From: Neodothiora populina
Taxonomy: Eukaryota
Reading direction: 5' to 3'
Assembly (NCBI RefSeq): GCF_041146345.1
Contig: NW_027191404.1
Coordinates: 2,294,001 to 2,358,000, forward strand
DNA length: 64,000 nucleotides
Shown: piece by piece, positions 21,774-36,600 of the stretch
How the letters are laid out: every line of letters starts with the position of its first letter
How positions within the stretch are numbered: the first letter of the stretch is position 1
The notes under the pieces: generated by a model
What the model was told of the DNA's origin: nothing
Databases searched by the model: none
What the model saw: only the letters and a program-made list of their open reading frames with translations
Program-made: the position numbers and the translations under genes

Positions 21774-23069
21774 ATCTAATGATGTCTGGGGCGGGGGATC
21801 GTGATTTTGTGTTGTGGTTTAGACTCACCGGCGTTACTCAAAAAAGCATAGCGAAAGTTGGTGAAAATAGCATACCCACCTGTTCTTCAGGTTTTATCGG
21901 TTCACTGGGCGTTGTTGTTTGCTTATGTGGGAGAGAACAATGCTTGATTGAGTGTGATCATGTCGTGCTCGATGCTCAGCCGCAAAACAGGGACGTTTAC
22001 CATAAGGAACAATTGAAACGCCTGAACACGAGGGTTTGGCTCTGCATACCATGCTCCTGAACGTTGTGTCTGCCAAGTTCCCTCGTACTTGTACCTGCTA
22101 AGCTTCGGCCAAGCTCTTGGACGCGGCGTTGGCTTATATGTTGAACATCAACGTCACGACTTTTTGCTTCTAGGATCCATGTTATCGTGAAAGATGGACC
22201 GTCTGACGCGAGACTCGCAACCGCATCTCGCGTTGAAACTTCACTAATTCGAAGGTAGACGGCACATCTCAGACCCCCTTTCTATTCGTCTCATCGGATC
22301 TGCGGAGTACCCATGGGGTAACCCCGCGTTGATCAACATCGGGCGGCTCAAGGTCCCCCCCCAGTCCAGTAAATGGTAAAAGATAAAATCACCAACCGTC
22401 GAGGAGATATTGAAATGCACGAATCAGGTCTCGCCAGGCCTTGCTCTGCCGTCAGCTCCAAGATCCCGTGTGATATGGCTGTCATTGTCCTGAGACCACC
22501 AATCCGTGTCAGACAGGCCAACTCCAATCTCTTCACCATTGTGTCTGGTGATGAAACAACATGTTCGTCCGCACGTGCATGTCAAAATCTCGTAAACGTG
22601 CTGCATCGAAGGATACACAATTGAGGCCTGCCCCCAAGTCCAGCTTTCATAGCTGTGGCGCGAGACTCATTAGTCGTGTACTACCGAGGCAAGATAAAGT
22701 CAACATGCATTCTCCATAGGTTTGAGATTAGCGGTAGGCCTGGGTACCCATGATAGTCCCACCCCCTCCTTGCCAACCAGATGTGCTGATCCTCCCTATT
22801 ATTGGCTTTCCTGAATGTAAGGCCGGAATCTTGACAAACGCCACGAGATGCGTCTTATCCTGCACGTTTTGCTGGCTGGCCTTGAGACACGAACAAGCTT
22901 TAGAAGAAGCAACTGCCGATCCACTTGGCCTTTCTTCAATATATCTAGCTCGCTGCTACCCTCAACAGGCGACTGTGGATTCCCTTGACCTTGCTCTATA
23001 CAGCGTCTTGCTTGTTCTCAACTTATACATTATAACTTTGGATCGCGTTTGAAATCTCTTGAATAGAAC

Positions 23070-24137
23070 ATGTCACAGTACGGCGATGGCCAAGCGCCCA
23101 TAAGCGTTGTCCACAACGCATACACTCCCAAGGAAGCCATCGAGATATCCTCCCGCGCTGGCGCATACAAAGCGAGGATGCGTATCGACAAGATCATCAT
23201 GAGTGCTTTCATGGCAGGAGCCTTGCTTTCCTTTGCTGGCGCTGGCTTCGTCACCATAAACGCCGCACCTTGGTTCCAGACCAACGCACCCGGCGTCATC
23301 AAGATGCTTGGGGCTCTCGAGTTCGGTAAGACATGGTCCGACACTTACCACTATATAGCCCAAAGTGATTGACACGAACAAACCTCTGCAGGCGGCGGTC
23401 TCGTAGTGATAGTCATGACGGGAGCAGACCTAGCCACAGGCAGCTTCATGTACACGACGCTATCGACCCTACACCGACGGACCTCGATCCTACTAATGCT
23501 TCGACACTGGGCGCTGACCTTCCTGGGCAACCTCGCCGGCGCCCTCTTCATCGTGGGCATCATCATCGGCCACGGCGGCGTCCTCTCGGCCGACCTCTAC
23601 AAAAACGAAGCCCTCACCATCGCGACCGCCAAAGTCGTCACTCCCCAATGGCACCAGGTGTTCCTGCGCGCCATCGGCGCCAACTGGCTCGTGTGTCTCG
23701 CGTGTTTCCTCGCCTGCTGCGCCCGCGAGTTCTTCTCCAAGGTCGTCGCCATCTGGTGGCCCGTCTTCGTCTTCGTCCTGCTGGGCCTCGACCACGTCAT
23801 CGCGAACATGTTCTATATCCCCATGGCTATCTTTCTAGGCCACCCCAAGATCACCGTCGGCTACTATATCTGGAAATCCATGATCCCTGCCGCGCTGGGC
23901 AACATCATCGGTGGAGGCCTTTTCGTCGCCGTCGTTTATTGGTATCTGTATCTCGTCGGCGATACGAACCCTGTCACTATCGATGGCGATAACTTTGATC
24001 TCAGGTCTACGCCGCTGGTCAGGAGGCAGACGAATGATGATAGTGTTCATCAGCATCATCATCATCATCATCATCATTCGGAGAGTCCTTCGCCGCCTAG
24101 TGCTGGCCATGCTAAGACGGCTGAGGCGATGGTGTGA
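23070..24137 (+). CDS. Formate/nitrite transporter (FNT family, ~333 aa) with C-terminal poly-His; intron 23326-23391
   Basis: FNT motifs TGADLATG, TFLGNLAGA, RAIGANWLVCLA, GLDHVIANMF and LGNIIGG, with multiple transmembrane segments. Confidence 0.9.
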
Positions 24138-24647
24138 GGAATCCTTTTCGTTTTTCGATTTGTTTTATTGTTCGCTTCTTGGAGGATGGGGGATCAGAGA
24201 ACCAGGGCTTCGGTGGGTCCAAGTTCCTCGGTCGGGTTGGTCATGCGTTTCTTTTTCTTTTGCGATCTGACGCTCGTGGATCGATCTGGACATACATGCA
24301 TAGTCAATTGATGATGAGCAATGTGTTTGAAGAACAGATACCGAGTGTGTCTACAGTCAGTGGCGGGATTGATATGTGACCATCCGACGACGACAACGAG
24401 GTGTACTCGGCGACGTCCCGAACGACGAAAGTTGGCTTTGTTGATATAGCTTCTTACACAAGTGCACAAAGCGTGATGGTTATCTTTTTTTACTCGAAAA
24501 CTCACACCGTGTATGATCTGATTCGAATCAAAATACATGAGCGCAACGACAACAGGAAAAAAACAAAACTCCCCCTCCCCGCCCCTCCAACTCCATTGCT
24601 CGAACCCCTTATGTACTTGATCCAGTGTGTCTATCAGCTTTCCATCA

Positions 24648-27600
24648 TCATTCAACAACGTTGACGACACTCGTCAAGGCTTCAGCAATTTGTTCTATCA
24701 ACCTCTCGGCTCTTTCGAGCCCCATCATCTGTTCCCATCCGAACACACCGATACCTAGTGCTCCGTTGGAGACCGTTGCTTCTATGTCTAGCGATGGCTG
24801 TGATGATGGTGTTAGTTTCATGTTTGCAGTTTTTTCTCAAGCGGGGAAGGGAAAGGGTGAGACTTACTAGGTAGGCATCCTTGACGATGTTCTTCTGTAG
24901 CTCAGTCGGGAGCTTGAAGTCCGCTGCGCTGCTCTCGTGTACTTGGCTTCTCTTCGCTGTCGTTCGTCCGTCTTGTGCTTCTCCGATGGCTACACTCGAC
25001 GACTCTGGCTTTTGCTGCGCGTCCTCGGCATCGTCGTCTCGCTCCGGTATCTTGATGAAGTTGACAAACGTGTCGACTTTGACTCCGGTCCACTTCTCAA
25101 TCTCCCATAGGCTTGCTGTGGAATTGGCTACGGTGCCAATCGCTTGGAGATAGCTCTGGATCTGTTTGGCTACATCCACAAGTGACTGCTTGTGCGGTGA
25201 CCTGACTCGCAATGGCACTAGATTCACGGTCGGCGCTGCAACTGCGGAGAGATCGTCCAGGTGCGAGCGATTCGCCATGTAAATGCCAATCACGACATCT
25301 TCATTTGTTTCTGGCGCCGCTTCGTGTCGAGCAATGCCCACATACGCTTGGGCATATGCGGCGAAGAACAGGGCTTGGATATTGATTCCTTGTTTGCGAA
25401 GTACTGCCTCGTGACGCTCATTCATGGGTACGACTGAAGGATCGAAGGTTTCTATCCTTCTGCTGGACGAGTCAAGCGATGTTCTCGCTAAAGGCAGAGC
25501 AGATGTCCCGCGCAAGTAGTCGGTCCAGAATTCCTCTTGGCTCTTTTTCACCTCATGACCCGAGCTGAGAGTAATGAAGTCCGAGAAGGATGGTTGTGCA
25601 ACGATAGACGGTGGTTGCGGATTTTGAGACCTGAGTCGTTGTTCAAGCTCTGCCAGCAGAAGCGGCAGGCTGACAGCATCGTACAATGCATGATGAATCT
25701 TGAGACCAAGACCAAATCCATCAGGCAGGGACTTGACCCTCAAGTGTGCGTACGGCTGCGTCAGTGTTGTGCTCGTGCTATCGTCGCCAGTGTCTAGATC
25801 CATGTATGAATCCTTGACGCTTCTCATGATAGCTTGTATGAAGGGTATTTCTTCGTCTTTTGTGGCATAGAAAACACTTCGCAAAACGGCATGATGCTCC
25901 ACTAGGCTTGTCCAAGCTGCTCGAATGTCGTTGTGACTGATATCGCCGGCCAAGACATACTCAAACTCTGGGTAGAAAACTTGTCCCATCGTACGCTGCC
26001 AAGCACTGAGCATGTAAACTTGACCTGAAGTGGCTGGGAGGAAGCTTTCAACATCCTGTCTGTTTAAGCCAAATCGTTCAGGTATTAGGTTCCGTTTCAA
26101 GCAAATGTCTGTCGAGACCTGGTCACTCGACGAAGCAACAGGGAGTGGCTGTGACCCGGAGTTTCGTGCCTGCAGTGTTGCCGCCATGTTTGCTATAGAA
26201 CCTGCGCGTATTATATCCCCGACACTTATTTTGAGAGATTTCTTGCGTAGCAAGGCAGAAATCTTGATGGCGTTGATGGAGTCGACCCCCAGATTTTGGA
26301 TAGGCGTTTGTTTGGAGATTTCTTCTGTCGGAGTCTTGCTGACCTGCGCGATAACGCTGCGGATGGTATCCTCTTCGAGTGACCATTGTTCCGGACTGTG
26401 TGGTGTAGGCGAGACATCCTGAAGCGGTTGAGAGTCTGCTACTGACCCAAAGCTTGTATCTCTAAATGGTGGCAGAGAGCAGATGCCTATCTCTTGAGCT
26501 TTAACCTCAAATGAAGGATTCTCGGGACGGGCCATGATCTCGCTCATAACCAGGTCAAGTTGTTCGAGCATGTTCTCGGTCTCGTCTTCAGAAAAGACAG
26601 TACTCTTGCAAGCCGTACGCCAGAATAGTCCCTCTTCTAGCACTTCGGCCTCCACGGCAATGGGATACTCGACGTCCGATGCTCCATTTACAGAGTGGTA
26701 TAGCGCGGGAGATGAAGTAGCTGATGATTCAGGCCTTCTTTGGAAAGTGAAAAGAGTATTGAACAGTGAATCGACTGTCTGTGAACCATCGGTCGGCATC
26801 GTTCTTCTATAGGCCGCTTGAATCTGTCGAAGGGGAGAATGCTGATGCTCGGTCAAGTCTGCAATTGTCCCTTGCATGTACTTCAACATATCTCGTCTAG
26901 AGCCGTGCAGTATCGACCTCATGACCACGGTGTTCATCGTAGGATACGTGACTAGCTGAGCCAAGGCAGTGTCGCGTCCTGCTAAGACGACGCCATACAT
27001 GACGTCCATGTCCCTAACCAGATGAGCAAGAACAAATGCCCAAGCGGTTTGGCACAAGGCCTGAGTCGTGATCCCTTCGTTTTTGCAGAATTTCGTTACA
27101 TCGGACGAGGCGACCTTGCTGCGCTTTTCTCGCCTAAAGGTTGTTGACGACCCGTGCAGTTCCTCTTTGGAAACTACATTTGTTTTGTTGGCACCGGAGA
27201 GCAAGCCTCGCCAAAATGTGGTGGCGCCTTCTTGAGAGGCACTTAGAGTACCTTCCAGAACTTCAAGATAAGATGGTCTAGGTTTGTACCGACCATGATA
27301 TGCTTCGCCAACATCCTCATGTATTAACGACAGACTATACCCATCATACAACGCGTGCGCAATTGATAGGACGAGATATCTGCCTGACTTGGTAGTTACC
27401 CACGTCAGCTGGAATTGCGGTTCAGTCAATGATCTGGACTGAAATTCATGCTGGACAGACTTGAGCAAAGGAGCAAAATCGTCAGTATCGAGATCAACAT
27501 TGTTGATTATAAGTGTTTGTGGCTTGCTTATAATCTGTGCGAACGTCACATCCAGATCAGGATCATCAATTTCCAAGAATCCGGTACGTAAGATCGGTGA

Positions 27601-30600
27601 AGAATGGACAACGTCCGTCCAAGCCCTTGCAAGATCCGCAATGTCGATGGACTCAGAGATCTTGAGGACATCATGGTTGAAATAAGCATTGTGCCCCGAC
27701 TTAATCATCTCAGAGACGAGTGCTTCCTGCATCGGACTCGCCGGCAGAACTCGTTCTATCAACGACGACCCTGATGTACTTCTTCCAGCATATTCGGTCA
27801 AAAGCGGTTCCAACTCGGTGATAAAGCCATGCGAAGCCTCTCTCTTTTGAGATGTCGCAGACTTTTTGAAAGAGTCTATTATCTTGGGTATTGTCTGCAA
27901 CCGCATGAGAGCGCTCACAGCAACCACAAGACCCTTTTTCTTCAAGCGTGACGAAAGTTTGACTGCATCAACGCTGTCCAGACCCAGTTCGAAGATCGAA
28001 ACATGTTCATCGATATCGGATTCGTCCAACGACGCCAATGAAGCTATCTCAGAACGAAGTACCAGGGCCTGCGGAGACCAAGAGAAATCCTGGGTCGCAT
28101 TGAGATCCTTGCCTATACTACGACTGATTGATCGATGCTTAGTGACCTGGAAATCATGTTGTAGCGATAGACCGATATTAGCGTGAGGGTCAGAGATAAT
28201 TGCCGATAATGCTCCTTCGAATTCTTCGAGAAGCTGCGCTGCTCGCGGTCGCGAACATATTGAACCTTTGGCGGCGATAGTCAATGTCAGGACACCCTCT
28301 GATGTTTCCTGTGCTTCGAAGGATAGCGGATAATCAGCTTCGAATTGAGTATCATCCTGCAAGATGAACATAGGCTGCTGCGCGCTCCCATGGTCTTGGA
28401 TTCCACTCTGGAAGACAAACAAAGTATCGAATAAGGGTTCGGATGGGCCTCCTTTGAGCCACTTCGTGATGTCTCGAATTGGAGTATGCTGGAAAGGCAA
28501 TGCCGAAACATTGAAACTATGACATCTCTGTACGAGATCACTCCATGAGTCATCCTTGCCAACAACAGGATTGAAAGGGATCGTATTGAAGAGGGGCCCC
28601 AGAACACTCTCAACGCCATCAAAATCGAGCGAGCGACCTGAGACAACAGCACCAATTCCACCTTGGTAGTATTTTCTCAGAGTGGCTGACCAAGCGGCTT
28701 GCACAATGGCTTGTAGTGTAACATTGAGGGACTTCCGAATTTGATCTGCACCAACCAGTAGATCGCTGTTGACGGACTGTAAGATGTCGTGGCTGCCTGC
28801 CTGATCGAGCGAAGTCATTGGCTCTTTGTGTAAGTCGTCAAGGTACTCGAGCCAGAAATCCTTAACACCTTCCACTTGACGCAGAGGACCGAAAGGGAGT
28901 ACTTCGATAAAGGGCCTTCCGAAATTGGCACCGTGATCACGATACAATCCCGTAATGTTGTCGAGCAGTATGTCAATAGAGTTGCCATCGTAGAGGGCGT
29001 GGTGTATATGTACCACCAGGACGATGCGATCGTGGGATTGTGCCACAACAACCTCGAATGGAGACAGTAGATGAGGATCATTTCTAGACCGCCATTCTTC
29101 TTTTCGCTTTTTCAGTCTATCCTCTAAAGCGCCTTCTGTGACGTCAAGGATCTCGTACCACGTGAGCAGCGTGCTGTTCTTCACCACTTGTACATATCCA
29201 TCGTCGGTCTCGATAAAAGCCGTTCTCAGGATCTGCGTCTGCTTGACTGCTTGCTGGAAGCTATCTTTGAGCTGCTCCACGTTGACGGACTGCAGCTCAT
29301 AACGGAGAGCATTGAAGTACAGCAGAGAGTCGGCATTCATCGAACGTGATATTAAGCCCTGTTGTAATGGGGTGCAGGCTGCAATATCCTCAATGTCATC
29401 TGGATCACTGCCAAGAATCTGGGAGGCGAAGCCTCTATACCTCTGCCGGCATGCTGATATTGACTGTTTGGCAGCAATGATACCTCTATTGTCGTGTTGT
29501 GTATCCGTACTAATTGTCTTTGCCAATCCCGATATTGTAGCATTTTGCATGACCATTGTAACTTGTGCGCGAGGGAAACCTCCAGCTTTCAATCTTCGCA
29601 CAAACTGAATGGCAGTAATGGAGCTCAATCCAAGGGCGAATACGTTAGAAGATCCGCTCAACTCTGACTCGTTGATCTTGAGTAGAGAAGCCAGTATCCG
29701 GGCGATGCTTTGCTCGGTACTGTTCAATGGCTTCTGATCTTGCGACTGTGCGGAGTACTGTTGAACAGTACTGTTGGGTAGCTCGCGATAGAGTTGCCGA
29801 AGTTGCTTCTCTTCAACCTTGTTGTTGATCGATAAGGGGATATGCTCGATCGGGATAAAATGAGTTGGAACCATGTAGCCCGGCAGACGCTCTTCGCAAG
29901 CGGCCCTGGCTGCTGCAATGATAGATTGGCTTGATTCTACAGACGCCGGAGTAGGCGGGAATTGCTTCCGTTTGGGGGACAAGCCGATGAAACCAACAAG
30001 TAGATCCTTGTCTTGCTTGGGATGCTTCGCGACAAGGCAAACCACATCTTGTATATCCGGACAAGTTCGGATAACTGATTCGATCTCATCAATTTCAAGT
30101 CTCTGTCCTCGGAGTTTGACTTGACTGTCTTGACGACCTAGAAATTCGATACTGTCATCGTGCAGCAGGCGTACCAGATCTCCAGTCCTGTAGATACGCT
30201 CGTTGTATCCATCGAGGTTGGGAAATCGGTCTTCTGTAAGCTCAGGTCGGTTGAGGTATCCTTTACCAACAAGTTTACCGGAGATGCAGAGCTCGCCTAT
30301 CCCACCACGCATGACGGGGGTTTTAGTACCTGGAGCAAGAACAAAGGTACCGACATTAGGAAACTGCCAGCCAATGTTGGATGGCTTTCCCTCGCATGGT
30401 ACGCATGGGAACGTCGTCACTCCAATCGTGCACTCCGTAGGGCCATAGAAGTTGAACAAGCAACCAAAGTCACCCCAGGATTCTATCATATCTTGTTTTA
30501 CTGCCTCACCTCCGGTGATGAACACACCCTGATGTAGGCTAGGTACGAGAGTGGGATCGAGCAGTCTACCCAGTGATGGCGTAAGGTCCAGGTGGCTAAT

Positions 30601-33600
30601 CTGAAGCGTATCGATAAACCCAGCAAGGTCCTCGAGGATTAAGTCTCTTGGGGCACAAACAAGACGAATGCCTACACTCCAGGTCCAGAATTGTTCCAGC
30701 ACTGCAACGTCAAAGTGATACGACGCGAATTGAAGCCAACGCGAGTCCTTGGTCCATCGACCAGAGAAGATCTCTTGGAATGCAAGCAATCCCTGCACCG
30801 CATTATCGTGTGTAAGCTCACAACCTTTAGGAAGGCCGGTCGTGCCTGAGGTATACAAAACATAGCTTATGGAAGAGTGTGTCAACCTGGGCTCTGGTAC
30901 CGCCTCAACCGGCATGCATTGCAATTCTTCGTTGTCAATAGCATTCACGATCTCGCAAGAGGACGTGCCTTCAAGCTCCTTGACAGTATTTGCAGACGTG
31001 AACAGAAGTTTTGCGTTTGAGTCTTCGAGTATGAATTGTTTGCGAGCAACAGGTGCTGTGGGGTCGATGGCGCAAAATGCACAGCCGGCTTTGAGAATTC
31101 CGAGAAAGACGAATGAGGCTTCTGGACACTTGTCGAAGGACGCGGCTACGACGCTGTTGGATTGCACACCCCTCTGGACAAGGAACTGAGCAACGCGGTT
31201 ACTTTCCTCGTCGAGGTCGCGATAGGTCCAGCTCTTGCTGCTCACTTGTCCGTCCACAAGGTTCCGAACAAATTCCATGGCAATGCGATCTGGACAAGCT
31301 GATACTGTGGCAGCGACGAACTCGTGCAAGAAGCGAATGTCCGTAGGAAGCACTGGATGCTTGGGTGGGACCACTGACAGACTTAATCCGTCTCTATGAG
31401 ACTCGCCCAGGATAGACATTAGGAGGGACTCAAATTGGCCTAGCATGATGCGACCTTGTGGGGAAGGTATATGCGCAGTGTTTACCGTGAGCCGGAATCG
31501 GAGTTGATCACGAGGGAGGACTTCCATTTCAATCGAGATTGAATAGTCTACAGAAGCACTTGTGTGGGCGATGTCCCATGAGGAGTCTGGTGAATCCTCA
31601 ATTAGAGGTTTCTGATATGCGAAAAGACTGTCGAATAGAGCTTCACTTGGCCTTCCAGCATATCGTTGTATGTCTGTAAGTGGGGTGAATTGATACTTCC
31701 GAATAGCTGTGAGGGAGCTCAATAGCTCTGGCAATAATTCGTCATTGGCCAAGGATGTATCCGCAGTTATCGGGAGAGTTGTGATGCAGGGGAAAGGACA
31801 CGCCATTGTCTCGGCTGTGTTTCTTCCAGAGAGCACTACTCCGAAGCATATACGTGACTCTCCGCTGTATGCTGCCAGCAGTCGTGCCCACGCAGCTTGT
31901 CCAGCAGCCTGCAAAGTCGTAGACATGGTCCGACATCGGTCTTCCATAGCACTCTGAGAGACTCTACAGATAGTCTCGATCTCGGAAATACTACCCTCGG
32001 AGACTCGAACCGGGCAGAGATTAGGAAAGCGACTGACTGGTGCATCTTTAAGATGATTTGACCAGAAAGCTGCTTGTTCGAGTTGTTTGTTTGTGCTACT
32101 CGTTATGATCGAGGTCAGCGCGCTGTCAATCGACCCGCGCGTAGGAACTGCGTGGCCTTCCAGAGCTAGACGTAGATCATTCTGGATGAATCGCAGCGTT
32201 TCTGCGTCAAACAGTGCGTGGTGGGCCGAGAATTGTAAGCATGGCCTGCCATCGTAGCTGAACAAATCCCAACACCAGGGTGGATAGTGTAGATCTTTTC
32301 GGACTGACTTTGCCGCAGCACGCTCACGTTCAGCGAAAGACAGTATCGCGCCATTGGTAATCTTGGAACGAAGTTCAGTAGACTGCGGATTCCAGTCCTG
32401 ATACGTAAGCATTGCAAAGGGATGGAGCGTATCTTCTATGCCCACAAATCCTGTACGAAGCATCTCATGCCTGGCCATGACCTGACCCCATGCCTGTGCT
32501 ACTTGACTCTTAGTAGCATCGGTGTCCAAGAGATAGAACGTATGGTTGAAATATTGCTGAATTTCTGACTGTAGGTACTGACTGATCATACCAGCTTGAA
32601 CTGCGGTGCAAGGTCGTATAGTGAATTGCTTGGTGCGAAGCACCTCATTAGATGACTTGATAGAAGCGCGGAAACGTCTGTCGAACGCTTGAAAATCGCA
32701 TGCTGGAGTAGTTTGGCTTGGACTTGTGCCCTGGCTTTGTACCGCTGAGGCAAGTTGCGAGCAAGACGGATTTTCCAATACATGCCCTGCAGTCAGGTGA
32801 AAGCCTCTCTTGCGGAGATGGTTAGACACCCTGATTGCACTGATACTGTCCAGTCCGATTCTGTATATGGTCGTATCTCTCGATATCCGATCTTCAGGCA
32901 TTCCAGAAACTGCGGCGAAGACTTTTCGAATCTCTAGTTCTGTTGAGGACCAGTCTTCGTGGGAATTTCCGATTGTGCTAGATTCTGTTGATTGACTTTC
33001 AAGATTCGCGAGAGATTCCGGATTGGATCTTAGCATTCCTGAAAGCAGGGCTTTGTCGAATCCAATCAGATCCAATGCGTCGCCAGACGGATAGTCAACA
33101 CAGGAACCGAAGGCGGCCATATAAGCTGAACGGAGGGCGTTGATCGAAGACTCATTATCGATGTAATGTCTGGTGGAAACCAATAATCAGTGGTGTGATA
33201 ACGTCAGAACGGCTATGGTCTTACCTATCATAATGAAGTGATACGGTAACGGTATCGCCTTGTGGCAAGACTTCCACAATACATGGGAACTGTGATGGGC
33301 TTAGTATTGCTTTGCATTGAAGTTTTTGGGGGGTTACTTACACCCATATCCCCAGACTCGCCCTCTAATTGCCAAACAGTGGTATCGCGTGCAGCCTCAG
33401 ATTGTTGTAGAAGAATTAGTGAATCAAACAGGCGCTGACCTCCGAGTGACATCTTGGCTTGAATTCGACGGAGCGGAGTCATTTGATGAGGGAGTAAGTC
33501 TACATTGATCTTCTGTAGGGTCTTGATCAAAGCTAGGTTTGTACGAGATTTAGCAACATTGACGCGAACAGGGACCGTGTTGAAGCATGGCGCAACGAGG

Positions 33601-36600
33601 GATAGGACGCCTTCTACAGGCGCACTACGACCACTCAGTACGCTACCAAAGCAAAGATCATCTTGATTTTGCGCAGTTGATAGGACCTTGACCCAGGCAG
33701 CCTGTACTAGCCCAATCATTGTTACGTTGTGCTTGCGGAGAAAACTCTGCACTATTGACAATTTGCATGGAAGTTGTGTAGTTGTCACGCCGTATCTAGC
33801 TTTTGCTTCAGGTCCGTCACGCCTAGGGAAGGGGTGGGGTATGTATTGATCGAGCTGTGCAGCGAAGAAGGCTTCCGCCGCGTCCATATCCAAAGACACG
33901 ATATGATCTAGGAAGGCCTCGAATCTTGCGGGAGCAGGCAGCGCAACTCCATGGTACGATCGTTCGACTTCGAGAAGGAGATTGGACATTGCATTGCCAT
34001 CGTATAACGCATGATGCATGTCCAGCAAGAGATACACGGCTGACGAAGATTCATACACTTTCATGGCATATGGTGGTTCGAAGCCTAGCACTAGCTTCAT
34101 GTCTTGTTCCATATGAGGCTCAAGAAGGGATCTGGGGCTCTCTGTCCAAGTGCCCATCTGTTGCCAAGGCATTTCGATCTCAGAAAGGACGACTTGTAGA
34201 TATGGATATCTTGCATCATCGCTCTCTGCAAAAGCAGTCCTGAGGATATCATGCCTTTTGACCATTTCTTCCCATGCTTTTCGCAATCGAGAAACATCGC
34301 ATGATAATTTAAACAGTGTGCGGTTGAAATACGCGGTATTTGACCCCGCAGAGCTCTCGGCGAGCATTGCCTCTTGTAAAGGAGTGCACGGTAGTACAGA
34401 CACTACAGTCTTGTTATGCGCCCCGAAATTCTCGATGACGTGCGACCCTAGAGAGGTGCCCACTGTGCTCGCCCGTGCAGATGTACTGTGATTTCCCATA
34501 CTGGTAGCAGGCAATGAAGAGGAACTCTCGATTGCAGTGGCCAATCTAGCTACGCTTGATCTCCTGAGAATTGTCGAAACATCCAGCGATACCCCGAGCA
34601 AGGACCTTACTGCCTTGGCGTAACGGATTGCGGAGATTGAATCCAGTCCAAGAGCAAAGAAAGATGTATTGCGACTAACAGTGAGTTGAGGAATCTGCAA
34701 TGCTTCTGCGAGTGCGACGGTTAGATTACGCTCGGTATCTGTCTGGGGTTCGACGCTACTGTCTTCCTCGGTAGCTAGCGAATAGCCAGTAAGCGCTTCC
34801 GGGCTGAGGTTCTCTAGGTCATTTCTTAGACATCTTCGATCAATCTTGCCCTGCGAAGTCATAGGTAAAGCTGTGAGTGGTACCAGTAACGATGGAATCA
34901 TATACATCGGGAGCTCATCACCCAGCAGCTGAAACAGCTGTATGATGTGACTACTAAGATCTTCCACAGGGTCAAGCAACGCATATTCTTGTGACGCTCG
35001 CTCACTCGGAATCCAGAAAACCACGAGACGTTCCAGTTCTTTGGTCTCTCCGATGATCTGAACTGAGCAATCTTGGACGAAGGGCGCGCGAAGAAGGGTG
35101 CTGGAGATTTCTCCAAGCTCGATGCGCTGGCCCCTGAGTTTCCGTTGATCATCCACGCGTCCTTCAATCAAGAGAGTGCCATCTGGAAGCATACGCCCAA
35201 GATCGCCGCTGCGATACACACGACCATAGGTTGGGTGGTCAACGATTTTGCTGTTCGTCAACTCTTCCATTGCCTGGTATCCGCGAAAGACCTGCTGTCC
35301 GCCGAAACAAAGCTCACCAAGAGCACCAGTTGGTAATGGAGAAAAACCTGAATCTTGTGAGAGGACGAAAGCCGAGGAGTTCTCAAAGGGTTGGCCGACG
35401 TTGTTGAGCGGGTGACACTCTCGTACTTTCGGATTGACGGAAAGAATATTTGTTGTCTCTGAAGGTCCGTAACCGTTGTACAGACCTTTCCCTGCCCATG
35501 CCCTATGCACTTGCGTAGTGACCGCCTCACCAGCTGTGACGAGGAATTCAACCTTGGGCACACTCTGGGGATCGACGAGCGAAGCGACCGTTGGCGTGAG
35601 CGAGAGGTGTGTTACCTCAAGCTGATTTATGGCATTTGAGATGTCTCTGAACAACACGTCTTTGGTTGCCGAGCACAGACACATTCCGGTGAACCATGAA
35701 AAGAATATCTCGAATACGCTCACATCGAAAGCTTGACTGCATGCCTGCAGAAGCCTCGAATCTTCACCAACAGGATATATCTTCTCCAGCACTGTTAGAT
35801 TGCTCAATATGTTCTCTTGTGTTACGAGTACTCCCTTAGGCTGTCCCGTGGTTCCACTCGTGAATACCGCATAAGCGATGTTCGATGGGTCAGCGAGTAT
35901 ATCGGGATTGGTCGTTGGAAAAGTGGAGAGGTCGATCGACGCAATTTCATAGGCTTTACAAGAGCCAATGTCGTTGATGATAGGCGAGACCTGACCATCG
36001 GTAAGGGCAGTCTTCACCTTAGCGTCCGAGAGAATGCGGCCCAATCTTGCAGAGGGTATCTCTGGCACAAGTGGCAAATAGCCCGCACCGGCTTTGACAA
36101 TAGCTAGGATACCGATGTAGAGATCGATCGACTTCTCCATGCATATACATACCAGCTCATCGGGCCTTGTGCCAATAGACACCAGAAAGTGAGCCAGCTT
36201 ATTAGCCTTGGTGTTGAGTTCTTCATAAGTCAATTCTTGCGTCGTGACCTGTGCCTCATCGATATCAGTGGCAAAGCATAGAGCCAGCTTATCAGGGTTA
36301 TGAATCGCATGTTTCTCAACCGTACTGTTGAGGCCTTGATTATACACGAAGTTCTGCGGCTCTGGATTGGCTAATGAAAGCAGCGATGATGGTAAGGACT
36401 GACCGACATCTTGAACCAAAGTGTCAGGGCTTTTGACGCAGAAGGCCACTATGGCTTCAATTTGTCTCAGCATTGTACCCACAGCAGCTGCTGCTAGTAA
36501 GTTAGACTGATATGTAGCCTTCGCTCTGACACCTTCCTGCGATGGCTCTAACTCGAGCGTCAGGCCAAACTCTAGATAATCTCGCGTTTCAAGCAGCCGA

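Noticed and set aside
33170..33341. Apparent split of the NRPS into two genes, or a frameshift
   Set aside because: Two canonical short introns and a 65-nt exon join the ORFs in frame.
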